From assembly GCA_036398975.1 (NCBI GenBank), contig DASWNZ010000208.1, positions 292-64,291 of the forward strand: DNA of 64,000 nt. The letters are read 5' to 3'. Positions 45,033-54,634 of this stretch are shown piece after piece. Source of the stretch: Longimicrobium sp. (GTDB lineage Bacteria; Gemmatimonadota; Gemmatimonadetes; Longimicrobiales; Longimicrobiaceae). Both the position numbers and the translations under genes were made by a program. Under the pieces are notes generated by a model. That model worked only from the letters and a program-made list of their open reading frames with translations. It was not told where the DNA came from and made no database searches. Numbering within the stretch: position 1 is the first letter of the stretch; each line of letters starts with the position of its first letter.

Positions 45033-45965
45033 TCAGGCCGGCTTGACCTTGCAGGTGATGCCGGTGACGCTGTAGTCCACCACCACGTTCTGGCCCGAGG
45101 CCAGGGTCACGCTGGGGGCGCTGGGCGTGGCGGCGATCATCAACGAGTCGCCGTTCGCGTAGCCCACCGGGGCGACGCCCATCGCGTAGGTGCCCGGGGC
45201 GACGTAGGCCATCTTGTAGCGCGCGTCCGCCTGCGCCTTGGCCGAAAGCGTGGTCGGGCCGGTGGCGGTCGCGGTGAAGTGCGTCACGTCCGTCGCGGCG
45301 CCGCCGCAGGCCGGGAAGACCACGCCCGCCGCCGGCGTCACCAGGCCACTGATGCCGCCCGAGAGCTGCACCTGCGTGACCGTGAACTGCGGGTTCAGGA
45401 TGAGCTGCCCGCTCTTGCCCGCCACGTGCCCGAACGAGCGCGCCACGTCGAAGTCCAGCGCCACGATCCTGCTGTCGCCATCGACCGTGAGGCCGGGGCC
45501 GGGGAAGCGGATCTTGTAGCCGCTCGCGCGAGACTTCCCGCTGGTCAGGTTGATGGTGCCCGTGGCCGTCATCCCGGCGGGGAGGCGGGCGCCCGGCGTA
45601 GCGTACACCCGGCCGTCGCGCGTCACCACGTACGCATCGCCCACGCGCACGCGGAGCTGCGAGTAGGTGCCCGCGGGGATCACCGCGTCCCGCACCAGGT
45701 CCGCCCCGGCGCCGCCCACCAGGGTCAGCAGGTCGAAGTACGTCGAGGAGTCGGCCGCAAGCGTGAGGCGGCCGGCCGTGGAGTCGGCATCCGACTCGCC
45801 CTGCAGGTACAGCTCGGTGATCTGGACCTTCACTTCCTTGAAGTCGCCCGGCGCGTCCACCAGCCGGATGCTGACGCGGCTGCTACCGCTGTCCGTGCCA
45901 CCGTCGCAGGCGCCGAGCGCCGCCGCGGCAAGGAGGGGAAGGAGGAAACGGGTGCCTTTGAACAT
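45033..45965 (-). CDS. DUF4382-like lipoprotein
   Basis: Start at MFKGTRFLLPLLAAAALGAC within ORF 45033..46421. IRLVDAPGDFKEVKVQITELYL, IPAGTYSQLRVRVG and VALDFDVARSF match my memory of DUF4382. Confidence 0.7.
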   Translation of the reverse strand: MFKGTRFLLPLLAAAALGACDGGTDSGSSRVSIRLVDAPGDFKEVKVQITELYLQGESDADSTAGRLTLAADSSTYFDLLTLVGGAGADLVRDAVIPAGTYSQLRVRVGDAYVVTRDGRVYATPGARLPAGMTATGTINLTSGKSRASGYKIRFPGPGLTVDGDSRIVALDFDVARSFGHVAGKSGQLILNPQFTVTQVQLSGGISGLVTPAAGVVFPACGGAATDVTHFTATATGPTTLSAKAQADARYKMAYVAPGTYAMGVAPVGYANGDSLMIAATPSAPSVTLASGQNVVVDYSVTGITCKVKPA

Positions 45966-46107
45966 CGCTGATCTCCACGAATGTGACTGCACGGTTGACC
46001 GGTTGCGCCCGGTGGTTCGACCCAATGACGAGCACTCGCGCGGCTGCGTCACATCAAATGTTCGCGCCAAACTGCTACATCTCTGATCCAGAACGTCGAG
46101 GTACAAG

Positions 46108-46134
46108 AGCCGCGGAGAGATGCTCTCCGCGGCT
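46108..46134 (-). terminator. hairpin downstream of rsgA (weak U tract)
   Basis: AGCCGCGGAGAG atg CTCTCCGCGGCT 12-bp stem. The flanking T content is poor on both strands. Confidence 0.3.
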
Positions 46135-46171
46135 TTCAGTGCCCCTCGTGTCCTATGTGTGAGGCTTCGTT

Positions 46172-47095
46172 TCAGTACTCGTCGTCCTCGCCCAGCATCA
46201 TGCGGCGGTAGCTGTCGTAGCGGCCGAAGCCGATGTCGCCCGCGTCCACGGCGGTGCGGATGGCGCAGCCGGGCTCGTGGATGTGCGTGCACGACGAGCT
46301 GTAGCGGCACTCGCCGATGAGCGGCGCGAACTCGGGGAAGTAGAAGTGGAGCTGGTCCGTGTCGATCTCCCACAGCCCCACCTCGCGCAGACCCGGGGTG
46401 TCGGCCACGTAGCCGCCGCACTCCAGGGGGATGAGTTGCGCAGTGACGGTGGTGTGGCGCCCCTTGTTGACCGCCTCGCTCACCGCGGCTACCCGAAGCC
46501 CCAGCCCCGGCTGCACCACGTTGAGGAGGCTGCTCTTCCCCACGCCCGACGGCCCGGCGAGCGCGGACACCTGCCCGCAGATGGCCTCGCGCAGGGCATC
46601 GACGCCCACGCCCTGCTTAGCGGCGGTGAAGATGATGCGGTAGCCGGCGCGCTCGTACGGGGCGAAGAGGGCGCGGGCGGCCTCCTCCCCCTCCACGTCC
46701 GTCTTGTTGACGACGATCAGCGGGCGCAGCTCCGCCGCCTCGGCGATCACCAGGAAGCGGTCGAGCATGCGCAGGTGCGGCGAGGGGTTGGCCGCCGCGA
46801 AGACGATGAGCACCTGGTCTACGTTGGCGACGATCACCTTGGCGCGCGGCGCCTTGCCCGGCGCACGGCGGGCGAGGACGTTGCGGCGGTCGTGGACGCT
46901 CTCGATGGTCCACGCCTCCGCGCCGGAGCCGGAGCCGCGCCCCAGCTCCACGACGTCGCCAACCACCACCTTGTCGCCGGTGCGCTCCTCGCGTTTCACC
47001 CTGCCGCGGAGCGACGCCTCGATCGTCCCCTCGGCGGTCTCGATCTCGTACACTCCGCCCTGCGCGCGGAGCACCGTTCCGGTCAGCGTCGCCAC
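46172..47095 (-). CDS. rsgA: ribosome small-subunit-dependent GTPase A
   Basis: GTG at 47095 (GAGG 6 nt upstream) within ORF 46172..48352. VVNKTD, GPSGVGKSSLLN and zinc knuckle CRYSSSCTHIHEPGC. Confidence 0.9.
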   Translation of the reverse strand: MATLTGTVLRAQGGVYEIETAEGTIEASLRGRVKREERTGDKVVVGDVVELGRGSGSGAEAWTIESVHDRRNVLARRAPGKAPRAKVIVANVDQVLIVFAAANPSPHLRMLDRFLVIAEAAELRPLIVVNKTDVEGEEAARALFAPYERAGYRIIFTAAKQGVGVDALREAICGQVSALAGPSGVGKSSLLNVVQPGLGLRVAAVSEAVNKGRHTTVTAQLIPLECGGYVADTPGLREVGLWEIDTDQLHFYFPEFAPLIGECRYSSSCTHIHEPGCAIRTAVDAGDIGFGRYDSYRRMMLGEDDEY

Positions 47096-47205
47096 TCTGT
47101 GCCTCGAAGTTGACTCTGTATCCTCTGTGCGAGGCCCCCGCAAAGAGGGAGCGCCGCACCCGGAACCCGGGTACGGCGCGCCTGCATGCCACGGCCGGCC
47201 ATCGG

Positions 47206-48123
47206 TTACGCCGCCGCGAACGAGGCCAGCGCCTCGCCCATCTCGCCCTCGCGCAGGCGCTTGAGGGCGCGGTCGCGGAGCTGGCGGATCCGCTCGCGGG
47301 TCACGCCCAGGATGTCGCCGATCTCCTCCAGCGTGTGCTCGCGCCCGCCCTCCAGGCCGAAGTACAGCTTGAGGACCTTGGCGTCGCGCGGCTGAAGGGT
47401 GTTCAGCGCCCGGTCGATCCGCTCGGAGAGGAGGCGCTCCTCCACCTCGTCCTCCGTCATGATCGCCTCGTCGGCGATGAAGCGGTCCATCAGCTGGCTG
47501 TCGTCCGAGTCGCCGATCGGGGCGTCCAGGCGGATCTCGGCGGCGTTCAGCGTCTGCAGGCTCTCCACGATCTCCGGCGACAGGCCGGTGGCCTCGCTGA
47601 GCTCCTGCGGCGACGGATCGCGGCGCAGCTCCTGCTTCAGCCGCTCGCGCTCGCGGAAGATCTTGGCCAGGTCCGACGCGCGGTTGAGAGGCACGCGCAC
47701 CGAGCGGCCCTGGTTGGCGAGCGCCGAAAGGATCGCCTGGCGGATCCACCACACGGCGTAGGAGATGAACTTCACCCCCTGGTCCGGATCGAACTTGCGC
47801 GCGGCCGTCACCAGGCCGACGTTCCCCTCCTGGATCAGGTCCGAGAGGGAGACGCCGCGGTTCTGGTACTTCTTTGCCACCGAGATCACGAAGCGCAGGT
47901 TGGCCCGCACCAGCTCGTTGACGGCGTCCTCGTCGCCCAGCCGCGCGCGGCGCCCCAGCTCGATCTCCTGGGGCGACGTGAGCAGCGGATGGGTGCTGAC
48001 CTCCTTGAGGTACTGGTCCAGGCTGGACTGGTCCTCGTTGGCGACGCCGAAACCGGCCTCGGACCCGCCGCCCTTCTTCCGCCGCCTCGGTGTAGTGGTG
48101 GTGCCTTTCCGCGCTGTCGCCAT
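47206..48123 (-). CDS. RNA polymerase sigma-70 family factor (RpoD/SigA-like, short form)
   Basis: Start at MATARKG within ORF 47206..48213. Region 2 NLRFVISVAKKY...YAVWWIRQAI, region 4.2 TLEEIGDILGVTRERIRQLRDRALKRLR. Confidence 0.9.
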   Translation of the reverse strand: MATARKGTTTTPRRRKKGGGSEAGFGVANEDQSSLDQYLKEVSTHPLLTSPQEIELGRRARLGDEDAVNELVRANLRFVISVAKKYQNRGVSLSDLIQEGNVGLVTAARKFDPDQGVKFISYAVWWIRQAILSALANQGRSVRVPLNRASDLAKIFRERERLKQELRRDPSPQELSEATGLSPEIVESLQTLNAAEIRLDAPIGDSDDSQLMDRFIADEAIMTEDEVEERLLSERIDRALNTLQPRDAKVLKLYFGLEGGREHTLEEIGDILGVTRERIRQLRDRALKRLREGEMGEALASFAAA

Positions 48124-48209
48124 ATCTCGATCCGTAGCTTGCGCTCGTTCCGGAGCCGTTTTCTGTGGCTGTGCCAAACGTTGTCGACCCTGCAAAAGCT
48201 CTGCCCGAC

Positions 48210-48248
48210 GCAAAACGAACCGCCCGGCGCTGGGCTGCGGCCGGGCGG
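48210..48248 (-). terminator. intrinsic terminator between the thioesterase and sigma genes
   Basis: Minus strand reads CCGCCCGGC cgcagcccagc GCCGGGCGG TTCGTTTTG. Confidence 0.5.
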
Positions 48249-48439
48249 GGGAGTTGGAGGTGCCGCGGCGTGCCGCCGCTTCCGCCCCCTAACGCCGCCG
48301 CCGCGCCCCCGCGCACCGCCCCGCCGACGCGCCACGCCCCCGCTCCCGGCATGCTCCGGAGCGGCTCTCAGGCCGTGGTGCGATCGGAAAAGTCATCCGG
48401 GCGTGTGCAAGAAGTAGGTGGCCGGCTCGGGGGGCGCAC

Positions 48440-48468
48440 AACGTAGCGGGCGCCCCCACGGCCGTCAA
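48440..48468 (-). promoter_or_regulatory. possible sigma-70-like promoter
   Basis: Minus strand reads TTGACG - 17 nt - TACGTT, downstream of the thioesterase stop and upstream of the terminator at 48210-48248 and the sigma gene. Confidence 0.3.
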
Positions 48469-48514
48469 TGGAGAGTACCGTGCTGGCGGAGGTTGGTTCC
48501 CACCGCCCTCTCCT

Positions 48515-49057
48515 CTATCTCTTCTGCTTCCTCCGGCTCCTCGCCAGCCGCTCCTCGCGCCGCAGCTGCGCGGCTTCGAAGCGGAGCCGTTCCTCCTCCG
48601 TCTCGGGCAGCACCGGGGGCACGGGGGTGGGGCGGCCGCGCTCGTCCAGGGCCACGAAGGTGGCATAGCAGGTGTTGGTGTGGCGCTCCTCGCCGGTTAC
48701 GGGGTTCTGGGCCAGCACCTTGACCCCGATCTCCATGCTGGTGCGCCCTGCGAAGTTCACCGACGCGTGTGCGACCACCAGCTCGCCGATGTAGATGGGC
48801 TCGTTGAACTCCACGCTGTCCATGCTCTTGGTGACGACGGGCCGGCCGGCGTGCTTCATGGCGCAGAACGCCGCCGCGCGGTCGATGAACCCCAGCAGCA
48901 CCCCGCCGAACAGCGTCCCCGCGACGTTCTGGCTCTGCGGCTCCGCCAGGTCCGCGAAGGTCACCTGCGACAGCCGCACCGGCCGCGGCACCTCTACGTC
49001 GGGCGCGGGGCCCTGCATGTAGATCTCGACCGGCCTGATTCTCTGTTCCACGTCCAT
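48515..49057 (-). CDS. acyl-CoA thioesterase (hotdog fold)
   Basis: Start at MDVEQRI within ORF 48515..49204; upstream codons translate a repeat. GTLFGGVLLGFIDRAAAFCA motif and a basic C-terminal tail. Confidence 0.8.
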   Translation of the reverse strand: MDVEQRIRPVEIYMQGPAPDVEVPRPVRLSQVTFADLAEPQSQNVAGTLFGGVLLGFIDRAAAFCAMKHAGRPVVTKSMDSVEFNEPIYIGELVVAHASVNFAGRTSMEIGVKVLAQNPVTGEERHTNTCYATFVALDERGRPTPVPPVLPETEEERLRFEAAQLRREERLARSRRKQKR

Positions 49058-49165
49058 CTCCCCTATTCCGTGATAAGAGCGCCCCGCGGATTCCGTCCGC
49101 CGGGCGCTCGAAAGGTCGTTGGTCCAGCGGCGGGGAAGATGGCGCCCGAGGCGGCGGGCGCGCCA

Positions 49166-49220
49166 GCCCCCTCCCCCGCTCGTTCCTCGCGGCCCCTCCC
49201 CCAAACCGCGGGGGAGGGGC
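49166..49220. repeat. R6 repeat, inverted orientation
   Basis: GCCCCCTCCCCCGCTCGTTCCTCGCGGCCCCTCCCCCAAACCGCGGGGGAGGGGC. Confidence 0.85.
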
Positions 49221-49274
49221 GGACGCGGGCATCTGCCCGCTACCTCACGGCACTGTGCGCCGCCGGCTTTGTCG

Positions 49275-49328
49275 AGCCGGTTTCAGCCGCCTTCGCGTAG
49301 TTCCAGCCGGGGGCTTCAGCCCCCGGCG
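49275..49328. repeat. R3-related repeat
   Basis: GAGCCGGTTTCAGCCGCCTTCGCGTAGTTCCAGCCGGGGGCTTCAGCCCCCGGCG. Confidence 0.7.
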
Positions 49329-49366
49329 CGCGCCGGGGCACGCCGGTTCCGGCGCCACACCTGCCC

Positions 49367-50347
49367 TCACCAAGTCAGCACGATCTTCCCAAACGTATCG
49401 TTCGCCTCCATGCGCTCGTGGGCTTTGCGGATGTCGGAGAAGGGGTAGACGGTGTCGACGACGGGGCGGATGCGGGCGGAGGAGACGAGCGGGAGCACGG
49501 CGCCGGAGAACTCGCGCGCCAGGGCGATCTTTTCCTCCAGCGGCCGGCTGCGCAGCACGGTGCCGAAGATGTGGATGCGGCGCCGCAGGAGGAGCCCCAG
49601 GTCGATCTCCGCCTTGGTGCCGGCGGTGGTACCCACGACGACCGCCCGGCCGCGCAGCGCGAGCACCCGCAGCGACGCCTCCAGCAGCTTCCCGCCGACG
49701 AGGTCCAGCAGCGCGTGGACCCCGCCCCCGTACGTGGCCTGGTTGACCGCCTCGGCCAGGTCCTCCTTGCTGGTGTCGATCCCGGTCTCCAGCCCCAGCT
49801 CGCGGGCGCGCTCCAGCTTGGCGGCCGAGCGCGACGTGCCGAGCACCTCCGCCCCGGCCGCGCGCGCCAGCTGCAGCGCCGCGGTGCCCACGCCGCTCCC
49901 GACGGCGTGGATCAGCACGCGCTCACCCACTTTGACGTCGAGCTGGCGGAAGAGGGCATCGTAGGAAGTGAGGAAGGCTTCGGGGATGGCCGCCGCCTCT
50001 TCGAAGCCCAGGTTCTGCGGGATGCGGATGGCCTCGCGCTCGTGCACAACCACGAACTCGGAGTGCCCGCCGCCTCCCACGATCCCCATCACCCGGTTCC
50101 CCACGGCCCACAGACCCGCGCCCTGCCCGACCGCGTCCACCTCGCCGGCGTACTCCAGCCCCGGGACGTCGGCGGGGGCCCCGGGAGGGGCGGGGTACAT
50201 CCCGCGGCGCTGCAGGAGGTCCGCGCGGTTCAGCGCGGAGGCGTGCACCCGCACCCGGATCTCGCCCGGCCCGGGCTCGGGCACCGGCCGGTCTTCCTGC
50301 TCCAGCACCTCGGCGCCGCCGGGGCGGGTGATGACGATCGCTTTCAT
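49367..50347 (-). CDS. NAD(P)H:quinone oxidoreductase (zinc-type ADH/MDR family)
   Basis: 326 aa. MKAIVITRPGG..., cofactor loop HAVGSGVGTAALQLA. Confidence 0.85.
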   Translation of the reverse strand: MKAIVITRPGGAEVLEQEDRPVPEPGPGEIRVRVHASALNRADLLQRRGMYPAPPGAPADVPGLEYAGEVDAVGQGAGLWAVGNRVMGIVGGGGHSEFVVVHEREAIRIPQNLGFEEAAAIPEAFLTSYDALFRQLDVKVGERVLIHAVGSGVGTAALQLARAAGAEVLGTSRSAAKLERARELGLETGIDTSKEDLAEAVNQATYGGGVHALLDLVGGKLLEASLRVLALRGRAVVVGTTAGTKAEIDLGLLLRRRIHIFGTVLRSRPLEEKIALAREFSGAVLPLVSSARIRPVVDTVYPFSDIRKAHERMEANDTFGKIVLTW

Positions 50348-50353
50348 CGAGAA

Positions 50354-50544
50354 AAGTGCGTGAGTGCGTTAGTGCGTGAGTGCGTTGGAACAGCGGGCCT
50401 CACGCAGAGGCGCAGAGACGCAGGAGTAGGCGCGGAGGTCTCTCCTGCGTCTCTGCGCCTCTGCGTGAGATTGCCATTTATCGTCGGAGCAGATCTCTGG
50501 TGAGCGGCGCCACGCACTGACGCACTAACGCACTCACGCACTAT
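50354..50544. repeat. OCT inverted pair enclosing an R5 palindrome
   Basis: Left arm 50354-50388 ends 6 nt from the qor-like ATG. Right arm 50511-50544 overlaps the amidase stop. 23 nt of perfect complementarity (ACGCACTAACGCACTCACGCACT). Confidence 0.9.
50399..50469. repeat. R5 palindrome (CAGAG variant)
   Basis: CTCACGCAGAGGCGCAGAGACGCAGGAG...CTCCTGCGTCTCTGCGCCTCTGCGTGAG. Near-perfect hairpin. Confidence 0.85.
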
Positions 50545-52136
50545 CGCGCCTCCGCCCTGAAGAACGCCTCGATGCCGCGCACGTGCGCCGTCGCCAGGCG
50601 GTCGAGGAAGGCGGGGTCGCGCAGGGCGTTTTCCTCTTCCGGGATCGGCATGAAGAGCGACTCGGTGAGGGCGGAGGGGAGCCAGGTGGGGCGCACCAGG
50701 GCCAGGTTCTCGCGCAGCGCGCCGCGGTTGGGAAGGAGCGTCACGGCGACGATGTTGTCCGCCAGCGACTGCGCCAGCGAGCGGCCAAAGGGCTGGAAGT
50801 GGTACACCGCCGTGTGGAAGGCGCGGAACGGGTTCTGGGCCTCGCCGAACGCGTTGTTGTGCACCGACACCAGGATGTCCGCGTCGCTCCGCACCGCCAG
50901 CGCCACGCGGCCGCGCAGGTCCTCGGCCGTGGTCGTGGAGAACGGGGCCTCGCGCCCGGTGCGCGTCAGGATCACCTCGGCGCCGGCGGCGCGCAGCTTT
51001 TCGGCCAGCGGCAGGGAGATGGCGAGGTTGGCGTCGCCCTCGTACAGGCCGGTGGGGCCGGTGGCGCCCGCGGGCGGGTGGCCGGGGTCGATCACGATGC
51101 GCCGCCCCCGCAGCGGGCTGGCCGCGTCGACCGCCGGGCGGCGGCGGAGGCGCAGGACGAGCGCGCCGTCCGCCGCGTAGAACGCCTTGTATCCCCACGG
51201 CGCGCGGGCCAGCGACAGGCGCACCCTCACCGTGGACGGGCCCGCCGCGTCCTGGGCCACGCCGGTCAGCATCGCGTCGTTCTGCGCGGTGCTGGCGGCC
51301 TGCGCGGTCACGCCGTACAGCGTCACTGTCCACTCGCGCTCGCCGGGCTCCACCAGGAAGGGCGCGCGCTGCGCGGGAATGCGCACGTCCACCCAGCGGT
51401 CGGCGGGGGTCACGGCGATGGCGCCCAGCGCGACGGGGGCCATCGGCGCCGCGGTGGTGTCGGCCACCGTCACGCTGCTCGCGTCGATCCAGGCGGCGGT
51501 CGACGGATCGAGCTGCACGCGGTACTGGCTGCCGCGGCGCTCCGCCAGCGACAGGCGCGTGCCGCGCGGGAAGAACCAGCGGTAGGTGCCCGTGGGCGTG
51601 GCGCGCGCGAACACCTCCGATCCCGTCGCCAGCGTGTCCAATCCGCCGCTCACCTGCGCCGCCCGTGGCGCGGCGAAGACCTGTGCCCCGCCGCCGGTCC
51701 CCACGAAGTCCGGCGTTGGCTCCGGCCGGTAGGCGATGGTGTGGCTGGCCGTCTGCCCGTTCTTGAAGGCGCGCAGCTCCCACGCGCTCGCCGGCACCGG
51801 GAGGTAGGCGATGAAGGCGCCGTTGGGCGCAACCGGCACGAGCGTACCGTTGATGGTCAGCGCCGCGCCCCCCGTCCCCACGGAGCCGTAGATGAAGGCC
51901 GAGTCGCGGCCCGGGCGGATGACGTTGTTGCCGGGCTGGATTACGCGGATCGCGAGCGGGGCCTCCACGCGCTGGATCGGCGGAAGGCCGGGCGTGAGCG
52001 GCTCGTATTCCAGCGGCTCGGGCGCGAGATCGGGGCGCGGCTCCGGGCCGGTCCCGGGCGTGCCGCCGCCAGGGGTGCAGGCGGCGGCCAGGAGAAGGAG
52101 GGCGGCGAACGGACGCAGGGAGAATGACCGGGTCAA
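50541..52136 (-). CDS. N-acetylmuramoyl-L-alanine amidase (Amidase_3) lipoprotein
   Basis: Within ORF 50541..52214. TTG at 52136 chosen (AGGAG 6 nt upstream; MTRSFSLRPFAALLLLAAAC lipobox). C-terminal domain VIDPGHP...VSVHNNAF...ESLFM. Confidence 0.8.
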   Translation of the reverse strand: MTRSFSLRPFAALLLLAAACTPGGGTPGTGPEPRPDLAPEPLEYEPLTPGLPPIQRVEAPLAIRVIQPGNNVIRPGRDSAFIYGSVGTGGAALTINGTLVPVAPNGAFIAYLPVPASAWELRAFKNGQTASHTIAYRPEPTPDFVGTGGGAQVFAAPRAAQVSGGLDTLATGSEVFARATPTGTYRWFFPRGTRLSLAERRGSQYRVQLDPSTAAWIDASSVTVADTTAAPMAPVALGAIAVTPADRWVDVRIPAQRAPFLVEPGEREWTVTLYGVTAQAASTAQNDAMLTGVAQDAAGPSTVRVRLSLARAPWGYKAFYAADGALVLRLRRRPAVDAASPLRGRRIVIDPGHPPAGATGPTGLYEGDANLAISLPLAEKLRAAGAEVILTRTGREAPFSTTTAEDLRGRVALAVRSDADILVSVHNNAFGEAQNPFRAFHTAVYHFQPFGRSLAQSLADNIVAVTLLPNRGALRENLALVRPTWLPSALTESLFMPIPEEENALRDPAFLDRLATAHVRGIEAFFRAEAR

Positions 52137-52240
52137 CACGGGCTCCTGTGGATGCCGGCGGATCGCGGGGCAGCCGGACGGTCGGCCGCGGCGCAGCCCG
52201 GCACGGCGGTGCAAAGGACGCGCCGGACGCGCCCGGAGGG

Positions 52241-52269
52241 TTGCATCCCGGCAAAACCTTGTATATCGT
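52241..52269 (+). promoter_or_regulatory. possible sigma-70-like promoter of the S8 peptidase gene
   Basis: TTGCAT - 17 nt - TATCGT, about 90 nt upstream of ATG 52358. Confidence 0.35.
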
Positions 52270-52357
52270 TTAGCGCCATCTGTTTACCTCCTCCGCAGGC
52301 CGCACCCGCCCCGGGTCACGGCCGCGATCTTCCTTTTGCCGCACAAGAGGACGCTTC

Positions 52358-53761
52358 ATGCACGCTCCGCGCATCGCCGTACCCTTTGCCCTCGCCGCGC
52401 TCGTGGCGCTGGCGGCCTGCTCCGACGGACCCGCGTCGCCCGATCCTGTGGCGCCGGCCGTGTCGCGCGCGGGGCAGCCGATCCCCACCCGCGCACAGGA
52501 GCGCCCCGGCACCTGGGTGGAGCGCACCGACGAGCAGCTCTGGGCCGCCATCTCTGCCGCGGGCGGGAACGCGGCGGTGGGGCTCAAGTCGCCGGGCGCG
52601 GTGCGCGGCGTGTGGCGCGGGCGGGTGCTGGTGGGGCGCAGCGAGTGGTCGCAGGGGCGCGCGGCCGTGGCGTCGCAGCCGGGCGTGACGCTGGTGCGCA
52701 CGGACGACCTCCTTCCCTCGATGGAGGTTCAGCTGGACGGGCCCGGCGCGCTGGCCGCCCTGCGCCGCCTTCCGTTCGTCGACTACGTGGAGCCGACGAT
52801 GGTGGAGGACGGCCTCCCCGAGTTCGCGGGCGTGGGCGGGTGCGGATGGGGGAGCGCGTGGACGGGAGACCGGCAGTACACCGCGTCGGGCGACGTATAC
52901 TCGCAGAAGCTCACCGCCATGCGCATCCCCGATGCGTGGACGCTGAGCAGCGGCGCGGGCGTCACCATCGGCCTCACGGACACGGGGATCTCTTCCGGCC
53001 AGGGGCAGTTCACCAGCACCTTTGCCACGGGTGAGAGCGCCGGGCGCACGCTGAAGCTCCTCAAGGTGTCGTCGATGTCCAGCGTGTACGACGGATGCGG
53101 CCACGGCACGCGCATGGCCGGCATCATCGCCGCGCCGCGCGACGGGCGCAGCGTGGGCGGCATCGCGTACCGCTCCAACTTCGTGAGCGTGCGCCAGGCG
53201 GACGGCGTGGCCACCGTCTCCAGCAGCGACGCCAAGTACAGCGTGCGCGCCGCCGCGGAGAACGGCGCCCGCATCGTGGTGATGGCGTGGGAGTCGCTGA
53301 ACTGGTACTGGCAGGTGTCCGACGAGATCGAGTACTGGCACTACAACTACCCGATCCTCTTCTTCGGCGCCGCGGGCACCAGCGGGTGCGGCGACGGCAT
53401 CCTGGACAGCAACGTCGTCTTCCCGGCGGACATGCCCGAGGTGGTGGCGGTCACGGGCGTGACGTACCCGGGCGGCGGCGTCCCCTGCGGCATCCATCGC
53501 GGCTCGGACGTGGAGCTGACGGCGTACCTGGACGTCCCCAGCACGGGCCAGTACACCGCCGACGTGGTGGGGATGGGCGGCAGCTCCAACGCCACCGCCA
53601 TCGTGGGGGCGGTGGCGGCGCTGGTCTGGTCGCGCACCCCTAGCCTGACGCGCGACGGCGTTCGCCAGCGCCTGATCCAGACCGCGCAGTACTACCCGAA
53701 CCGGCACTCGGAACAGGGCTACGGGCTGATCAACGCGTATCGCGCGGTGGCGGGGAACTGA
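52358..53761 (+). CDS. S8 (subtilisin-like) serine peptidase, lipoprotein
   Basis: 467 aa. Lipobox LVALAAC. Asp TIGLTDTGIS, His GHGTRMAG, Ser MGGSSNATAIVG. Confidence 0.8.
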   Translation: MHAPRIAVPFALAALVALAACSDGPASPDPVAPAVSRAGQPIPTRAQERPGTWVERTDEQLWAAISAAGGNAAVGLKSPGAVRGVWRGRVLVGRSEWSQGRAAVASQPGVTLVRTDDLLPSMEVQLDGPGALAALRRLPFVDYVEPTMVEDGLPEFAGVGGCGWGSAWTGDRQYTASGDVYSQKLTAMRIPDAWTLSSGAGVTIGLTDTGISSGQGQFTSTFATGESAGRTLKLLKVSSMSSVYDGCGHGTRMAGIIAAPRDGRSVGGIAYRSNFVSVRQADGVATVSSSDAKYSVRAAAENGARIVVMAWESLNWYWQVSDEIEYWHYNYPILFFGAAGTSGCGDGILDSNVVFPADMPEVVAVTGVTYPGGGVPCGIHRGSDVELTAYLDVPSTGQYTADVVGMGGSSNATAIVGAVAALVWSRTPSLTRDGVRQRLIQTAQYYPNRHSEQGYGLINAYRAVAGN

Positions 53762-53817
53762 ATCGGGAATCGGGAATGGGGAATGGGAACGGCTGATTGG
53801 ATCGCCGTTCCCATTCC
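53762..53817. repeat. GGGAAT(C/G) heptamer run merging into a 14-bp hairpin
   Basis: ATCGGGAATCGGGAATGGGGAATGGGAACGGC tgattggatc GCCGTTCCCATTCC, between convergent stops 53761 (+) and 53823 (-). Probable bidirectional terminator, but with weak U tracts. Confidence 0.6.
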
Positions 53818-53822
53818 TGTAG

Positions 53823-54092
53823 TTACAGCTGTATATCCCCACCCGCGTCCCTCTGCCGCAGCCGCGCGAGCTGCTCGCGTGATGTGGCCAGCGCCCGCTC
53901 CGTGGCTGCGCGGTCGATGCGCAGGCGGAGGGTGACGGTGCCCGCGGCCGGCTCGCGCTCGATGGTCACCACGTCGCCCTCGCGCGTGCCGTCGGGAAGG
54001 AGCCAGGCGGGTACGTGGAGCAGCCTGCCGTCCTCCGCGTGCACGGCGGCAATCCCTTCTTCGATGCTGTCGACCGTCCAGGTGTGGGTCAT
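53823..54092 (-). CDS. DUF3006-like small protein
   Basis: 89 aa. WTVDSIEEGIAAVHAEDGRLLHVPAWLLPDGTREGDVV matches my memory of DUF3006. Confidence 0.6.
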   Translation of the reverse strand: MTHTWTVDSIEEGIAAVHAEDGRLLHVPAWLLPDGTREGDVVTIEREPAAGTVTLRLRIDRAATERALATSREQLARLRQRDAGGDIQL

Positions 54093-54193
54093 GGGCTCCT
54101 CGAGGGAGGGTGCCGGCGCGGGTCCGGCGATCGCGAGAAGCGGACCGGGCGGGGCGGGTTGACGGCCGTCCGGTGCGCGTGCGAAGTTCAGGT

Positions 54194-54634
54194 ATGAACG
54201 AAACCGGAGCTCTGTGCGTCCCGCGCGTGCGCGAGGTGCTGGCGGCCCTCCTCCGCGCGGGCGGCGAGGTGGAGGCGCGGCTGGAGCGCAGCGTGGAGCC
54301 GATGGGGCTCTCGCTCGCCAAGATGGGCGCGCTGCACACCCTGGTGGAGGCGGACGGGCCCATCCCGCTGGGGCAGCTCGCGGAGCGGCTCTGCTGCGTG
54401 AAGTCCAACGTCACCCAGCTCGTGGACCGGCTGGAGGCGGAACTCCTGGTGCGGCGCGTCCCCGATCCGGCGGACCGGCGCAGCGTCCGCGCGGAGGTCA
54501 CCGCCGAGGGCCGGGCACGCTACGCCGCCGCCGTCCGCGCCCGCGAGGCCGCCGAGGCCGAGCTCCTGGCCGGCTTCGGCGACGACGAGCTGGAGCGGCT
54601 CGCCGCGTGGTGCCGGCGGGTGGCGGGCGGATGA
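54194..54634 (+). CDS. MarR family transcriptional regulator
   Basis: Start at MNETGAL within ORF 54110..54634. Winged HTH LGQLAERLCCVKSNVTQLVDRLEAELLVRRVPDPADRRS. Confidence 0.8.
   Translation: MNETGALCVPRVREVLAALLRAGGEVEARLERSVEPMGLSLAKMGALHTLVEADGPIPLGQLAERLCCVKSNVTQLVDRLEAELLVRRVPDPADRRSVRAEVTAEGRARYAAAVRAREAAEAELLAGFGDDELERLAAWCRRVAGG

Noticed and set aside
46011-46026. tRNA-like T-loop (GGTGGTTCGACCCAAT).
   Set aside because: The flanking sequence cannot form T-stem, acceptor or anticodon arms. I found no convincing tRNA anywhere in the window by eye; tRNAscan-SE should confirm this.
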